In this document: in pieces, positions 62,217-64,000 of the stretch
How positions within the stretch are numbered: the first letter of the stretch is position 1
Layout: the number at the start of each line of letters is the position of its first letter
Assembly (NCBI GenBank): GCA_965203175.1
Contig: OZ241867.1
Span: 192,001 to 256,000, forward strand
Direction: 5' to 3'
DNA length: 64,000 nucleotides
Source of the DNA: Candidatus Latescibacterota bacterium
GTDB taxonomy: Bacteria > Latescibacterota > UBA2968 > UBA8231
Made by a program: the position numbers and the translations under genes
Notes under the pieces: generated by a model
What the model was told of the DNA's origin: nothing
Seen by the model: the letters and a program-made list of their open reading frames with translations, nothing else
The model's database searches: none

Positions 62217-62485
62217 ATTTGCCCCTCGAATGTGCTCTCTAGCAGTGAGACCATGGCCTCGACGGCCGCGTCCTCGTCCTCGCCCTCGGCCCGGACGTCG
62301 ACTTGGGCACCTTGCTCGGCGGCCAGCATCATCACGCCCATGATGCTCTTGCCGTTGACCCCATCGACTTCGCCTTTAGACAGGTAAATCTCGGCCTTGA
62401 ATTTCGCCGCTGTCTGTACCAAAAGCGCGGCTGGACGAGCGTGAATACCCAGTGGATTGTTGATCGTGGCCGTCTTTTCAACCAT
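62213..62485 (-). CDS. ptsH: Phosphocarrier protein HPr
   Basis: GIHARPA (His15) and NGKSIMGV (Ser46). Confidence 0.96.
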   Translation of the reverse strand: MVEKTATINNPLGIHARPAALLVQTAAKFKAEIYLSKGEVDGVNGKSIMGVMMLAAEQGAQVDVRAEGEDEDAAVEAMVSLLESTFEGQI

Positions 62486-62505
62486 GGCCTATTGCTTTAC
62501 TCCTA

Positions 62506-63252
62506 TCATTCTTTTGCGTGTACTGCTCGGCTCAGAGCGCACAGGCGCTGCTGATCGTCTTCGACGACACTGCCCGTGACGACGAAGCCCGCGCCGGCCT
62601 CTACCTTGGCCCGCGCCACCCCCGGGTCGCGGATGCCACCGCCAACGACGACCGGCACCGAAACACAATCGGCGACCGCGCTCACCATTTCGTCGGGCAC
62701 AGAAGCGCACGCACCGCTGCCGGTCTCTAGATAAATAAGCCGCATGCCCAAGTACTCGGCCGCCAAGGCGTGGGCCATGGCGATGTCGATCTTGTCGCGC
62801 GGAATGGGCCGAGTATCGCTCATAAATTCCACGGATGTCAAGGTCCCCGACTCGACCAGCATATACCCAGTGGGGATGGTCTCAATGCCGTACTCGTGGA
62901 TCAAGGGAGCGGCCTTGACGTGCTCGCCGATCAAGAGCTCGGGGTTGCGCCCGCTGACCAGCGACAGAAAAAGGATCGCATCGGCTGTCGGCACCACTTG
63001 GCCCGAACTCCCTGGGAAGCTGATCACCGGCACATCGACCTTGGCTCGGACGCGCTCGAAACAGACCGCGTTGCGCGACGAAAACATCAGGCTCGTGCCG
63101 ATGAGGATGGCATCGGCCCCGGCTGCAACGCAGAGCTGGGCGCGATCCTCCAATTCGTCTGGAGCCAATCGATCTGGATCTAGCAAGGGCAGGTAGCCTG
63201 CGCCACGGCGGTGGCGGATGTCTAGTAGGTGTTGCAATACACTGCTAGTCAC
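62506..63252 (-). CDS. Geranylgeranylglyceryl/heptaprenylglyceryl phosphate synthase (group II-like)
   Basis: LLDPD, ADAILIG, FPG, SLVSGRNP..LIG, PTGY, YLETGSG, VGGGIR, VTGS. Confidence 0.9.
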   Translation of the reverse strand: MTSSVLQHLLDIRHRRGAGYLPLLDPDRLAPDELEDRAQLCVAAGADAILIGTSLMFSSRNAVCFERVRAKVDVPVISFPGSSGQVVPTADAILFLSLVSGRNPELLIGEHVKAAPLIHEYGIETIPTGYMLVESGTLTSVEFMSDTRPIPRDKIDIAMAHALAAEYLGMRLIYLETGSGACASVPDEMVSAVADCVSVPVVVGGGIRDPGVARAKVEAGAGFVVTGSVVEDDQQRLCALSRAVHAKE

Positions 63253-63264
63253 GAATCAGCTCGC

Positions 63265-64000
63265 CTATTTTAGCTGCTGCTCGACGATGCCCGCCACTTG
63301 CTCTAGCGCCTCGTCAAGTTTGCCCGGATCGCGTCCGCCCGCCTGGGCCAAATGCGGCTTGCCGCCACCCGAACCGCCGGCTAGCTGCGCCACCCCGCGC
63401 ACAATATCGCCGGCCTTCAGTCCACGGTCTTTGATCAGATCGTCGGTAACAACGGCAATAAAGGAAACCTTGCCGCTGATATCCGCCCCCAACACACCAA
63501 CTCCCGATCCCAAGCTCTCGCGCAGTCCGTCGGCCATGGCCCGCAGACTGGGCACATCCTCTGCCTCAGTGCGTCGCGCCACAACCCGGACTCCTTCTAC
63601 TTCGCGTGCCCCATTCGACAGATCGCTCGTCTCTAGCGCTGCGACCCGGCGTCGCAATTCGTCGAGGGATCGTTCCAACTGGCGGTTGCGCCCCAAGAGC
63701 GCCTCGATTTTGTCCGCTAATTCTTCGGGCGCGGCGTTGAGCCGAGTGCCCAAGTCCGCCAACACCTGCCGCCGTTGGCGCGCGGCCCGCTCGGCTCCTT
63801 CGCCGGTCAATGCCTCGCTGCGCCGGACGCCAGCGGCAATGCCGCTTTCGGAGAGCAAATCGAATGCGCCAATCTCGCCGGTCGAGCGCACGTGGGTACC
63901 CCCGCATAGCTCTAAGCTAAAGTCGCCAATGCGCACCACGCGAACCTGATCCTCGTATTTTTCGCCAAAGAGCGCTTGCGCCCCCATGGCCTTGGCCTTT
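63265..64000 (-). CDS. alaS: Alanine--tRNA ligase, C-terminal part (partial)
   Basis: [29 protein letters not shown]1 [14 protein letters not shown]. Confidence 0.96.
   Translation of the reverse strand, partial: KAKAMGAQALFGEKYEDQVRVVRIGDFSLELCGGTHVRSTGEIGAFDLLSESGIAAGVRRSEALTGEGAERAARQRRQVLADLGTRLNAAPEELADKIEALLGRNRQLERSLDELRRRVAALETSDLSNGAREVEGVRVVARRTEAEDVPSLRAMADGLRESLGSGVGVLGADISGKVSFIAVVTDDLIKDRGLKAGDIVRGVAQLAGGSGGGKPHLAQAGGRDPGKLDEALEQVAGIVEQQLK

Overview
GC-rich bacterial chromosome segment with no CRISPR array, rRNA, tRNA or transposase that I could recognise. Gene content (TPNGDG/FlgD-tailed secreted proteins, 'AVExx(S/T)WxxIK' C-termini, CRTAC1/ASPIC-UnbV plus TPR pair, group II GGGP synthase) suggests an FCB-superphylum organism, most plausibly Candidatus Latescibacterota; this is inference. 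Housekeeping and metabolic genes include zwf-glk, glyA, a xylulokinase, hemH, degP, clpB, metK, ptsI/ptsH and a partial alaS. There is also a sugar ABC transporter with a DapA-like enzyme, a split Tm-1-like operon and a copper-resistance neighbourhood (copA, cusCBA, a Cys/Pro-rich upstream ORF and a temptin-like CxxCH protein). The most striking element is a co-oriented envelope cluster at about 10.8-23.3 kb: a parvulin-type PPIase, an acidic CBM9/DOMON-like secreted protein with a WxxIK tail followed by a perfect hairpin, a lipoprotein, three paralogous discoidin-like proteins that all end in a TPNGDG/FlgD-Ig domain and '(V/L)AY', and an about 880-aa putative outer-membrane barrel with acidic Ca-binding-like repeats. 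It matches no named system I know and is the best candidate for an undescribed secretion, surface-assembly or substrate-capture system. Several starts were moved downstream of the ORF-track starts using RBS, signal-peptide and overlap evidence.
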